NCBI RefSeq assembly: GCF_002571385.2
Contig: NW_019218016.1
Location: 178,011-242,010 of the forward strand
From: Stylophora pistillata
Lineage: Eukaryota
Length of the DNA: 64,000 bases
Direction: 5' to 3'
Shown here: piece after piece, positions 1 through 12,604 of the stretch
Position numbering within the stretch: the first letter of the stretch is position 1
Layout of the letters: every line of letters starts with the position of its first letter
Notes under the pieces: generated by a model
What the model was told of the DNA's origin: nothing
What the model saw: only the letters and a program-made list of their open reading frames with translations
Databases searched by the model: none
Made by a program: the position numbers and the translations under genes

Positions 1-261
1 GTTAGTAAACCAGCTAATATCGATGTTCTCACAGTTGGATCTTATCAAAAGTGACGTGTGAAGGTGAAATACCTTATCAGTATGAATTAGTATATTGATA
101 TTTCTCGCTTACAATTGTGTGAAATGACTACCAGGAATTGTGCAAACAGTCCAAAACTTGTGCGTAAAGACTTGTGCAAAATGTCCAGTTACCTTTAGTA
201 ATGTTTAAATAACAAAAACTGTTATAAGAGAAAATCAAAATCAGCTCTTGATTTCACCCAC

Positions 262-3200
262 CTGGTCACTGAGATTCTCTTTGCTGAATGCAGGAAAAAA
301 CCTTGGTGCTACTTTCACATCCTTCCTCTTGGGAGTGCGAGATCCATGGCGGTTTTCTTGAGTAGGAGACTCAGGTACAGTGGTGGGGAGAGACCTGGAC
401 ACAGGTTCAGAGGGGGCAGTGTTTGCTCGTGGACGGAACACTTCAGCCGATGGTGATAATGTGGCATGAGGAACTGCTGTCACAGGAGGACTGGGTGGAG
501 GGAACTCTGCCTCTGTGAATGAGCGAGCTCTCTGAGGTTCCAGGGCATCACGCTGTGTGTTAAATTTGTCTTGACTGACCAGTTCTACACGTTTCATTGA
601 TGAAGACAGGACCATCTGTGGACAGCAAAGGAAGGCAAAAACTCAAATAATATGTCACTCATGTCAACTTATTTGATGTACAATTCAACAATTGAAGAGG
701 ATGGGATTATCCACACATTTTTTTGTGCCTACTGAAAAAAAAACACCTTACCTTTCTATTTAGGTAACTATCATCACTGTCATCCCAAAGATCCTGCAAA
801 GAGATTCCCAAATAGTTCAAAATTTCAGTGAACTATAATGCTCTCCTTCAGTGGATCAAATATTATAAAAGTTATCAACTCCTACAGGGCTAGATTTTAT
901 TCATTTCAAATAGCAAGCTGGATTTTGAATCCTCCCACTATGAACTCTAAAAAGGCTCCATACCTGCTCATAGTAATACAGGCCATCATTAATAGCTTTG
1001 GAGAGTTCCTGCGTCATTTTAACTCTAGTGACATAGTTTCCTGTCCTGTCATGTTTCTTAACAGGAGGTGGCGTCTGCGTCACAATCATTATTTTGTGTA
1101 TATCTTGATCATCAATTTCGTCATCCGAATCATCATCCCTGATAAAAAATATATCATTCATTTAGTATAACCCTTAAACTCCAAGAAGTCATTAACCCTT
1201 TCACTACCAATTAACAAAATTAATTAACAAAATTAATTAACAAAATTAAAGTTAAACACCACTGCATACAGTTATGGTGCACACGGGAGGTTACTAAGCA
1301 CAAAAGAAGCACAAGAGTCACTCAAGGCGATAGCCAAGAGCGACTCTAGCTTCTTGAGTGCTTAGCAAACCTCCCAAGTGCATCCATAACTCAATAGTGT
1401 ATGCTGTGGTGTTTACCATTTGTTTTATAACATAACATTGATACATTGTAGCTAAAGATTTCCCTTTTATTTAACAAATCTTACATGACCAGAAAAAACA
1501 AACGCGCACAGAAAAATAGTCTTTGCATTTGCTCACGTCAGCAGCATACACCCATGGGCAAAATGGGGGACGCTAAATTGACCAATCAGAATCTCATTAG
1601 TAACTCTCCTTCCTGTCTGCCATACAATTCTTATGATGTTAGTTCAGAGAATTTGGAGCTGGAACAACTAATAATTCCCTAACTGATATTCTTATTTATT
1701 CTCATCACTTGACTGCTTGATATTGTGTTGATATTTTAAGGAGAAATTCTCTCTTGGTCACTCATGGGAGTTGAAGGGTGATGAACATGTAACTTCTCTC
1801 TATAACAAGCATACATTATCCAGTAGACAGGTGAGGAGAATACTGTAGCAGATCTAAGCTGTTAGCTTGATCTTGATCTAACTCTAAATTCTGGCAATTA
1901 GTTTACAAGGAAACGTGTAGCAGCTAGAGTGGTGAATTCACAATCTGATCTTAGGAGCTGGGAGATAACTGGCACAAAATGTCATTTTATTCTTTTTTCA
2001 CTAGGATCTTTGGAAATAAGGCAAAACATTTATTCAATAGAAAAATATAAGTCAACAAGGTTTGCTTCTCATAATTGAATGAACTCAAAACTCAGGTATT
2101 AAGTTAAAGTTAGGTCACACTTGACAAGGCTCTCCACAAAAAAAAAACTGTTGATATGCACCAACTCAACCCAAACAATCATCTTTTTTTTTGGCTCAGT
2201 CAACAGCCAAGTTTTACCAGGAATCAAGTACATGGTTAACGAGCAGACACGCACATTGTCCTTAAAGAGATTACTTACCAATCAGAGGAGCATATTGTAG
2301 GCTGTTTGCCTTGGTGTTCTAGTTCTTCATCAAACTGGAAGTCTAGCTCTTCTTGGTCATTGGCAAAACTCACCTAAGGGGATGAAATCCACCTTATTTC
2401 AGTAGGACATCTAGAAAGCTGTTATTTCTTGTCTAAGAATATGCCTCTTTGGGGTTGTTATTTACTTTAAGAACCTTAATGCCCAATACCAATCAAAGAC
2501 TAGCAAACAACATACAACTACTGTAAACGATGTAAAAAAAACTGCAACCCATATGCTTAGTCATACAACTTAAATTGTACCAGAAGCTTCTTTACTTTTT
2601 TTAGTTCCTTAAAAGTTGGCATCTTGATGACATACTCATAAATTCTTTATCCAGCTTTAACTTGTTTAGGGAAATTCAAACCTTGACTGCAAGACAATTT
2701 CACGAGACTGTTTTACAATCTACTAACCTTAGTATCCACTGACTTTGATGAAGATGGTTTGCGTCTTTTTACCTCTGTCCAAGCTTCAGGATCATGCTTA
2801 TTTGTTTCTAAAACTAAATAACAAAAATTACTAAGCTTCCAATACAAAAAGTACAAAATAAATTCTTAAAGGAAAACTGAAGCCTAAAATTGGTATATTG
2901 TTTGCATTCATTTCTAGTTAGCTTTAGAGGAGTAAGATAAAGTGTCAATATTCATTTTCGTTCACTTCTTGTTTTTTTACGAGGAAATTCGATTTGTAGC
3001 TGCCTTTTTCCCGCTTTTGGGGCTGTAAGACCCTTGGCTCAAAATAGGTCAGCAGCGATCATTTATGTCAGTGGTGGGGAACCAACTTAAGAAAAACAAC
3101 TGTTACTATTTCATTTTCGTAGTTAATCCCCATTAAAAGTCACGCAACTTCGATAACTCCATAACCAAGCCAATTTTCTGTACGAAGAGTATGGGTTTAT

Positions 3201-6200
3201 TATCTTTCTTCCCCACCCATGATATAAGAGGGATCTAAAATGACTGCTGACATCCCTATTCTGAGCCGCTGTACTACGAGGCCAAAATACCACTTTGAAC
3301 TATTTTTCCAAGGCAAAGTTGGGCCCAAAGACTGAAAAAACCCCTCAAACATTGCTATTTGAACTAAAAGCTGCAATTTAAAAATGGTTCATTTTTAGGC
3401 TTCAGTTCCCCTTTAAATAGCAACATTCCTCGAAGGAATTTTTGGAAGAAACCTCCACCTATATAAAGTACACATGCAGGAGGTAGCTTGGTTTAGCAAC
3501 AGAAAACTGGTGGATGTTTCACCTTTTGATTCCAAGTCGTTCTGTTTCTCCTCTTGGACAGATGGGTTACTGTTTGAGTTAATGAACACCAATCCATTCT
3601 GTCCTTGTTTAACCATCTCACTGTCCACTGCAACATCTATGTGTTCTTGTTTTTGCATCTCCATGCTGTTGTGCACCCCAATCTCTGCAAATTCCAATTT
3701 ACATTGACATTAGAAACTATAAATGAAACCTATAAGGATGCCTTTTAATTCCCAGATTTTTTTGTTAATTCAAAAAGGAAAATAACAAACAGAAGTCAAG
3801 GACAGTGCGTCTCTTTCTGAGTAACAATTTAAACACTTAAAATTCAATGGGTATTTGCTGTTGCTTAGAAAAGCATTTGTCAGCAAAACATTGCCCTTCA
3901 CACTGAATTCAAATTTAACCAAAATGCTGAAAATCTACAATTGTATTGAGTGTTACCTGCTGGGATATGTTGCTTCAATGAAGGCATGTGCTCATAAACA
4001 TGGGTAATGGTGTTTTCAACTGAAATCACATCAGTATTTGCACATATTAGGTGGCTACCTTAGTTTAAATGTTGTGATACAGTTAACCATATTTTTATTA
4101 TTCAACTAGACAAGTTAATATAACTTGCCACCCAATGGGTAATCTTATGAAAAGCTGATGTCCAGGTGCCAACAGCTGTGAGCTCTAAACAGCTGGAGAG
4201 TAACCAATACCAACAATAATCAATAACATGTTTGGGACACTTGCCTTAAGACTCTTGCATTCGAGAAACCTTTGTAGAATCAGTAGGCATTTTGCAACGG
4301 TTGGCCAATCACAAATTCAGTGAAACACTCTCTCAGTGTTAAATCTATTCTCTAACAAAACATAATTCATTCCTAATGAGTAAGATATGAAATACCTGTG
4401 ACAGGTTGGTCTGGAGGGATGGCCCATATTGCAGGGTTGTCCTTCTTCCTTATCTTGCCGTCAATTATTTCCACAGCTTCACTGCCTCTCAGTGCCTGTA
4501 AAAAAAAAATCATTTTGCAAATAGTGGCACTTCAAAAGTACAATAAAACGTCAGGGAAGTAAGTATGCTCAATCAGAGTACAAAACATGGAGCTGAGCTA
4601 AAGCTGTCATCTCATCTACCACTTTGTCCTATGTCCAACCATTTCCCTCAGGGAGCTGCTAGAGCACTCAAGAAGAGGGGAAAAACACACGACTACATCT
4701 CTGGTTTCTTTCTACTATTCTTTTATGCTCTAGCTGCTTCCTGCATGCTTTAACAACAGAACACAGGACAATCAAGGCTTCTCTATTTGTTAATTAAGGG
4801 GAATACAATTGTAAATTACGTTTACAAACCTCTAAAATGAGATTAACATCCTGTGTGAGGGCCTGAACCCTATAGAAGCTTGCAATAAGTCCAATAGGTA
4901 TAAAGCCTTCGTAGTCCATCTGAGTATAACAAAAAAAAAATAAGTATACAAGCGTGAGTTGCCATAAAAATCAGCTGATTCAGTTTATATGTAACAAATT
5001 ATTAAGTTACTGTACCTGGCGTCTCAAGAAGATGTCTTTGGTAAGATTCTGTTCACTGAAATAATACTCTCTACAAAAAAATCAAGAAATAATTACTTCA
5101 GTTAAGGTACATTATACACCAACATATCAGCAAAATCCATGACTTAATACACCTCCTTTTCAAAACTGCACTTACATTTGGTTCTTGATATATTCCTTGA
5201 GTGTTATCTCCTCCAAAGTTACAGCAGTGGCAGTAGCAGCAGCAGCTGCTGCTGCAGGTGCAGCAGGCATATAGTTACCAGAGTGATAATAGAAACTAGT
5301 GCTGTATGGCTGATTTGCAGTGTACTGGGGCTGTGCAAAATAAGTTGTTCCATTGTACATCTGATAGCCAAACTGCTGGCGGTAAGCTGGGTTGTAAGGC
5401 ATTTGCTGGTGACTACCATCCCCTGAAGACAACAAGAAAAACTTTTGCTGAGTAAAAAAAAAAACACACACACACATTCTCATCTGTAGTATTTACCTAT
5501 TCAGATTCAGACAATGCCATGCTATTAACTTTCAAAAGGAATAGAGGGAACAACCTGTCCATCCCAAAAAACAACAGAGACAATGATGCTAATGATATCT
5601 TCCCCTAGGGGTTGTTGAAACATCAGTTACTACTACCAACAACAGTCCTTCTAGGCAATACACTCACTTGAAAAATCAGGCTACAAGATCAAGTTCAAGA
5701 GTTATAAAGAACTCTATCTTAAGTGTTCTAAGTATCAGTCACTTGCTGTTCCTGAAGCAAGAATCAAAATATCCTTTCACTTAGGCAACCCTTTCATTTC
5801 TTTCCAAACTGAAAACTACAGCCCCTTTTTGAACATTTTTGTATAAAAAGATTTCAGAAATCTTCCACAGACAGTATTGTTTGTAGGAATAAACCATCAA
5901 TCTTGTGTTATCATGTAACTTTGTAACTACCTGCTATCCAACCAGCACTCAACTAACAAGAAACACAGCACAAAATCAAAAACAGTACCTCTTGGTGAAC
6001 GTTGCCGTCCTCGTCCTCCACGTCCTCCTCTTCCTCCACCACGTCCCCCCCTGCCTCCTCTCACAGGTGACACATTGCCTGGTGCATTTCCTGGACTGAA
6101 CCTTGTGGTGGGTGACTTAGTTGACTTGGGGTTAACAGCTGTTGGTGAGATGGCCTCGGGTGATGTGGGTGATTTTTCCACACCTGAATCATTAGCAGAG

Positions 6201-9200
6201 TTCTCCAAAGCACTTTCAGCACCTTCTAAGTTCAGTGGGACCCACCTATGTCTTCCACCTGAAAGCCAGAGACAAAAGAGACTAACTGATGATTCTACCC
6301 TCAAACTTGCTAGGGATAAATTGCCAAGCAGTATGAATAAGTCCAGAGTTTGTTGAGTTTACTATTAAAGATGTTTAAAAAGCTGTCCAAAAGCCATCTT
6401 ATGAGGAGAGGAAATCCATTTGTAGGGTTAAATGACAGACTCCCCAGTTTAAAATGTTCTGGAAGTCTTAGCCCTAAGCTTGCAATCATCTGCCTTAATA
6501 ACGGAATGCTGAAAACTCACTTTGTCCAGAAAAATTTTAGGAAAAGACAAAGACTTTTCAACTTCAAAAGTACCAGATTTTTTTACCATCCTTGACAACA
6601 AAAGAAATATTATCAAGGAGCATACCCTTCTTTAACTTTTTTCAAGATAAACAATAATATCGCTTGAAATAATAAGATGAAAAATAGGGCAGTTCAGGTG
6701 TTGAATAACACAACATCCATTGCTATTAATAAGCAGATTCCTACATTACACATGGTGGGTGGAATAAAGATGTCTGCAGGAGAACTGAAATAATGGGCAA
6801 ACAGAGACACACTGGGCCTGAACAATGCAATGAATGATACAGCAACACAATATCAGCTTCTGGTGTCTAACCCAAAGAATGTAACACTTGTTAAATGTCT
6901 CCTTCTCTGATCAAGAATTATTGTCACACTGACCATGAAAAACTTGAATAAAGCAAAATCTAATGCAATGTATCATTTGGAACAATTATTCTTGGTTAAA
7001 AACCACTCAACTGCCATCACTGGGTCTAACCTTAACAAGCAACATTTCCTCGCTGTGAATTTACTGCTGCTTCTTTATTCTATAAGGCTATTTTAGGTGC
7101 AAATTGCTACATTTACTTTTGTCTTTAAAAACAATTCTTAAATATCAACAAGACAAAAAGAAAACTATGTAGTTGATCTCATGTTGACGACCCACAGTTT
7201 CAATACCAAAAACAGTAAAATCACAGAAACTAGCCAACTATTTACCAGCAGTGATGGCAAAACAAAAGAAAGTGAAATGAAATCCATAACCTTTGCATAA
7301 TGAATTATTTGCTGTTTTTGGGCTGATTTCTTCTTTCCACTCGGTAACTTTATTTTCCTACGGCCCATCCTTAGGTAAAGAATATCGTCCCTTTAAACAG
7401 CTGTACACGCGGGTACTATTTTGCAATTGATATGAATTGAAGTAGAGACTGTTGAGACTGTGAAGGTGTAGTCTGATCGTCCGGGTGAGTGTAGTCCTGA
7501 GAAGGACTGTTGTCGGTGGTAGTGACTGACGTTTCGACAACCTGTGCGGAAGTCATCATCAGAGTCAAGTGGTCACACTTGACTCTGATGATGACTTCCA
7601 TGAAGCACACTTGACTCTGATGATGACTTCCGCACAGGTTGTCAAAACGTCAGTGACTACCACCAACAACAGTCCTTCTCAGGACTACACTCACCCGGAC
7701 GATCAGACTACACCTTCACATGTTACCCCGGGGTTCAAACCATTTACTGCATTACGGTTGAGACTCTTCATTGTTGGCAGCTAGGCAACCAAGAAATAGA
7801 AAAACTATTTAATTACTTTTTTCTTGTTTTCCTGTCTTTCCCCAAGTGTAAATTTACAAAGAAGGATCTTTTTTGAAAGCAATATTTAGAAGAAACATGT
7901 GTACAATGCCCTATGAAAACTGAAATATGGAAGTTCAAAAGAGCAAAAATTTGCATTCTTGGAAGTAAACTTTAGGAAAACTAAATTACTCCTTTCAGGG
8001 TAAGATTTAGAGATTAAACACCAGTTGTTCAAAAAGTTGGATTATAAAAGCACACTAGGAAATCACCAACTAATAGAAGAGAACAAACCACATGTACTGG
8101 TGAATTGATAATTCATCACATCACAATGTTCTGCACTTCTTACAACTACAAACAAACAAAAAGTTTGCTACATGACTCTAACAAGAAAGGACCAGTTACT
8201 TATAAATGTGCAAAATATCTTATGGTGCAAAACTGCAATGATAGCTTTCAACTAAAGAGAAATAGGCCAATGATGCTCAACAAAACACACGATTGCAAGA
8301 ATTCTTAAAGGAGAAGCAGACTTTGAAAGCCACAAAATTTCTTACCCACCACTAAATAGCATAAATAAAATTTTTACTCCTTGCTGCATCTTGTGATCTT
8401 AAGAGAGTACCCTGACCAATCTAAAATAGTCCTTAAATTTTCTTTTGATCATAGATGCCCCAATTTAAAAAGAGTTCAGTTCACAAACAACTTCTTCAGT
8501 TATCAAAAAGAGAATATAATTATCACTCTAGATAAGAATACCCTTCTGTGAAGCTCTTAAGAGCATCCCATCACCAACAATGGAAAAGAAAGAGTGATAC
8601 TTCCATGAGTCATAAGGCTATTGGGCAAGATTCCAGGTGACAACACCTGCAGTAGCAGGGGTTTCAAGAAGAGAAGGCTGATGATGTAATAGGCAGCAGT
8701 ACCCAAAAAAGGCATAGCAAAACCCAAACACAAAGCCTGCTTTTCAGGCCAATCAGACAGCCATAAGAGTTTAACCCATTGACACCTACGTGTAACACGT
8801 GCCTACAAAGTCAAAATTTTGGAGAAACCAAGAAAGCAAACAATGTGCAGTAATTTTTTAAAAATCATCTTTTCCAAAAAAAAAGCTCCAGTGAAAGACT
8901 AATTAAAGAACTTCTTTCCGATGAACAAAGCGATAGGTGCATATTAAGTTTTTACTCAAAAATCAAGACGAAAGATAAAAATCACTAAATATTTTTGCAT
9001 GTGTACAAATGGGCATGTGGATCATATTTCTAAAGGGAATATGCAAATTTATCCATGAGTGAAGAGATCTCAAGTTCCATGGAATCTGTCAATAGGAAGC
9101 AAGACGAAAATGACCAAGAAATATTTTGAGACAACAGATTTATTCAAAACAGTTTTTGAATTGCTGTTATAAGCGAAAAACGTACGAATTTCTTACATGT

Positions 9201-12200
9201 ACAAAGCCCACGCAGTAAAATTCATCATGCTTAGATCGTTGTATACTTCCCTTCATGGCCAGAAAATTGTGCAACATTCTGTTGAAAATTCTGAAAAAAC
9301 TTCAATTTGACACAAAATCTTCCATGAAACAATACTTTTTGAACACATTGTTACTTGAACATAATATTTACCGGGCCACTGAATGGTAAAATTGTTGCTA
9401 CACCCTGCTTGAAGTCTGAAAGTTTGGTTTTCACTTTACGTCCATCATTCGCATCGCCTTAGAGAAACGTAGTGTCATTGACTTGAGAGCTTATTCTGTC
9501 ACCTTTAAGACCTAGATATCCATTATTTTCCAAGCAGAGTATTCTAGAGCATTGCTACTTTACATTCTGAGTTCCACAAGGTCTAACTCAATTGCAAATG
9601 AACAAAAAATCTGACCTGAAAATTTTGAGGGTCACCCGCGCAGATGCCATATTTTCAAATTTGATCATTTAGTGAGGACGCATAGAATAATGCCCCTTCT
9701 AGTACCCTCTAAAGCCATCAAAATATATGCGTAAACGACAGATTCTGATTGCTTTACTGATCTCCAAACAATAGAGGAAGTTTGGGGACAAAACTCTGCT
9801 TAGTTGAGGAGGTAGGGGGGAAAGCGTTCTCGGGCAGTTTGGGTGTCAATGTGTTAAAGCTGTGGTAAACAGCCAGAAACCAAATCTTGTTGGAACCCAT
9901 GCTATAGTAAAACTTAAGAATAACTAAAGACAATGGCTCTTCAAATTTCAAAATATGGTTGGCTCCATAATTTTATGAACACCTTTTAGAGCGATCAGAT
10001 AAATATGAATTCCGAGGCATTTTTCTTTAAATAAAGTTACAAATGACATTGCAACTAACACAAACTAGGGAAAAAAACACTTAAAACATTTTACAAGTAG
10101 ATGACTTAACTGTTTTGAGAGCTGCACTTATTCACATGACAGCAACAGATTACATGGACAACTGAACATTTACCTGGTATAAACCACCTTGACTGGTAAT
10201 TTAAATACACCAAACACATTGGTAATAAACTGTGTCTTACAGGTAATTTTGATGGTAGACGGTAACCCTGTTTACATCTAATAACAGACAAAATTGTTGA
10301 CATCTTCATTTCTTCATCAACCAGTTTATCTCAGACTTAAAAAAATCCTTAACATGCGTTTAAAGCTATGGTGATCTTGACAACTGACTGGTGTTCCTGT
10401 TATGGAAATGTGATTCACAGTTGGAACAGTTTGTCACGCATTTGTATCAATCCAAAAGTATCTTCCATCAGGGCTAGAATTTAATTTTTGGAGCACTAAC
10501 CCCTGGGGTTAGTAGACATCTTTTCTACTAACCAAATTATAAAGTTTGGTATCCAAGCTCACAAGTTACGATATCTCAAATATTCAACATTTTGATAATA
10601 ATGACTAGGACAAATTAAAGAGTAGCTGAAATTGCATGGTGACCTTTAAAACGTTGACAATTATGCACTTATTTTATTTTCTTCTCGTTTACCATGATTA
10701 GTCAAGAACAGTACATCTACAGCACATTCTCTAAAAAGAGTTTAAGTTGATTNAACAACTTGAGTATTCTAAGTATTCCTCTGAGAGTTGGGTCTACGTG
10801 CTCTTTGTCCTGATGTCGACCAATGTTTAAATATGTTAGAAAATTTTACTAACCATGTCGGGTTAGTTGGACACATTTTTAGTAACCAAATGTTGAAAAT
10901 TACTAACCATTGGTTAACAGGTTACCGTTAATTTCGAACCCTGTCTTCCATCCACATAACTGCCAGATGTACATAAAAAAAAACCCTTCTGGGAATAACA
11001 AACTTCCAAAAGGTTGAAACAGAAAGGAAAGCATACAAAGGACAGAACAATTTTAGTAACAAAACCTAAACTGCAGTAAGAATTGGGTCTGTTACTATTT
11101 CAAACCACTGAAACGAATATAACAGATTAATATAATTGGAATTTGGTGCCACCACAATACAACCACTGATACAATGGATTAAAATTATTCTAATCAGGTT
11201 GTAAAACCATTGACCATAACCGTTTTAGGGAAGAGTCAGTTTCAAATTTTAAACTTTTAGATTGTTGATAGTATGTTATGGTGTATACAAAAATTAGCCT
11301 GCACAGACATTGAGAATCAGGTGGGAATTAATAAAAGAGCATTCAAAACATATATTCAGATTAAAGAAGAAAAAAAAAACAGTTTACAAAGGAAAGCAAA
11401 AAGTATGAATAAATTGAAAGTATGCATACGGAAAGCGATATTTGAATTATTGTAAAAATGGATTAAAAACATGAGCAAAGCTTAAACAAAACAAAATTCG
11501 GGAGTGAAAGGTCAAACCCTACAATATCTTCCCGGAATAAAAGGATTGGCCGAATATGCTAGCTTACTTGTTTTCTCCCGTTGTTATTGAACGCTATAAA
11601 CGAAATACAAAACACGTGAAGTCTATTTTGGGAACAGTAGTAAAAAGAGAATAAATTGAAACACTTCTACGCTCCCAAAAAAGCCCTACTTCAGCCAAAA
11701 GATACAAATCATTAATATCTCAAGACAAAAGCATAGCTAGTCGGTGGTCAGAGCGACAATGTTCTAATGTTTGCAAAGAGCACTTTAAACGTGTGTAATT
11801 AGATCACAAAAACCTTTTTTCTTCGGCGTGGTTTTCTGGTTTTCATCGTCGCCGGACAGTTCGTTCTCAGCATTTTCTTTCTTGCTAACAGTGGCCTTTA
11901 AAAAAAAATAGGTTTGAACAACAAACATTCAGCGAATCCAACAAAGCAAGTTCGTCGTAAATATACAAGGCTAAACATGAAACAGAATAAATGCACATCT
12001 ACTTATCTCCCTGCTGTCGTGATATTATAATTTGTAGTACCTTTCCGTCCTTAGTGGAAGCCGTAGATTCGCCAGGAGTTGGCCAATTTGTGATATCTGT
12101 GAATTCGCTACCCTAAAATATTCAACAGAAAGCAACACCTGAGCAAATGTATAACCTGTGTTGTGGCTTCATTGCGAGCATAAAGCAAAACTAGGCACCA

Positions 12201-12604
12201 ACCCCATACCCCTGAGTTTCACTTACCTTGCCTTTGCGTTTAGCGGCTTTCACAACAGTTGGTTTCGCAGCTTCTTCTGAAAGAGATTTACACACAAGGA
12301 CTCAAAACGAGTTCTCTCGAAAGTCAGTGGAAGTAAAGGAACCCTTTTCTTCCCTACCTTTTTCGCCACTGCTTTTCAAGTGTCTCGTCCAAGGATTTTT
12401 TGGCGGGGGAGGTGCTTCCATAGGATCATTGCGATTCCCCTCTTTCTGCGTTGTGTTTTCGCTGGAATTATCGTTTTCTTCTACTGCAGCAGTATGGTTT
12501 TCGACTTTGACGTGTTCTTCAACATGTCCACAACTGTTGTTAACTTGATTTTTGCCCTCCACGATATCAAGTTTCGTCTTAGGAACGCTTTCGACTTCAG
12601 TCAT
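262..12604 (-). CDS. LARP1: La-related protein 1 (LARP1/LARP1B family), multi-exon; 3' part (DM15 region) continues beyond window start
   Basis: Approximate exons: 12604-12359 (EAPPPPKNPW), 12277-12227, 12112-12041 (DITNWPTPGE), 11896-11813, 6258-5988 (RWVPL, RGG repeat), 5423-5176, 5072-5016 (EYYFSEQNLTKDIFLRRQ, La motif), 4919-4830 (MDYEGFIPIGLIASFYRVQALT), 4496-4396, 4019-3957, 3685-3523, 2812-2729, 2373-2279 (EELDFQFDEE), 1138-964 (MTQELSKAINDGLYYYEQ), 615-262 (RSLPTTVPESP, PRFFP). These are LARP1 signature motifs; some boundaries are uncertain by a few nt. Confidence 0.93.
1250..1420. repeat. Palindromic (hairpin) interspersed element
   Basis: Arms ...GTTATGGTGCAC..GGGAGGTTACTAAGCAC.. 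and ..GTGCTTAGCAAACCTCCC..GTGCATCCATAAC.. centred on ~1333. Confidence 0.75.
7459..7753. mobile_element. Palindromic Penelope-LTR-like element (family A) carrying hammerhead motifs
   Basis: ~110-bp near-perfect inverted arms (7459-7571 and 7608-7720) plus a unique tail. A second copy lies at 57316-57561 in opposite orientation. Confidence 0.8.
7524..7566 (-). ncRNA. Minimal type I hammerhead ribozyme motif
   Basis: The minus strand reads GACT-CTGATGA-T-GAC(loop)GTC-GAAAC-GTC-AGTC: stem I GACT/AGTC, core CUGAUGA/GAAA, palindromic ACGT stem III, GUC cleavage triplet. Confidence 0.7.
8771..9857. mobile_element. Non-autonomous piggyBac-like DNA transposon (~1.08 kb)
   Basis: TTAA-CCCATTGACACC ... 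GGTGTCAATGTG-TTAA: 12-bp TIR with one mismatch and TTAA target site; no transposase ORF. Confidence 0.7.
10469..10943. mobile_element. hAT-like MITE with 8-bp TSD
   Basis: TIR CAGGGCTAGAA / TTCGAACCCTG; TSD TCTTCCAT on both sides. Closely similar inverted copy at 52110-52750. Confidence 0.85.

Noticed and set aside
4250-4350. Possible extra LARP1 exon with TEFVIGQP (PAM2-like)
   Set aside because: It requires a ~50-nt intron and runs into an in-frame stop; cannot be supported without cDNA.
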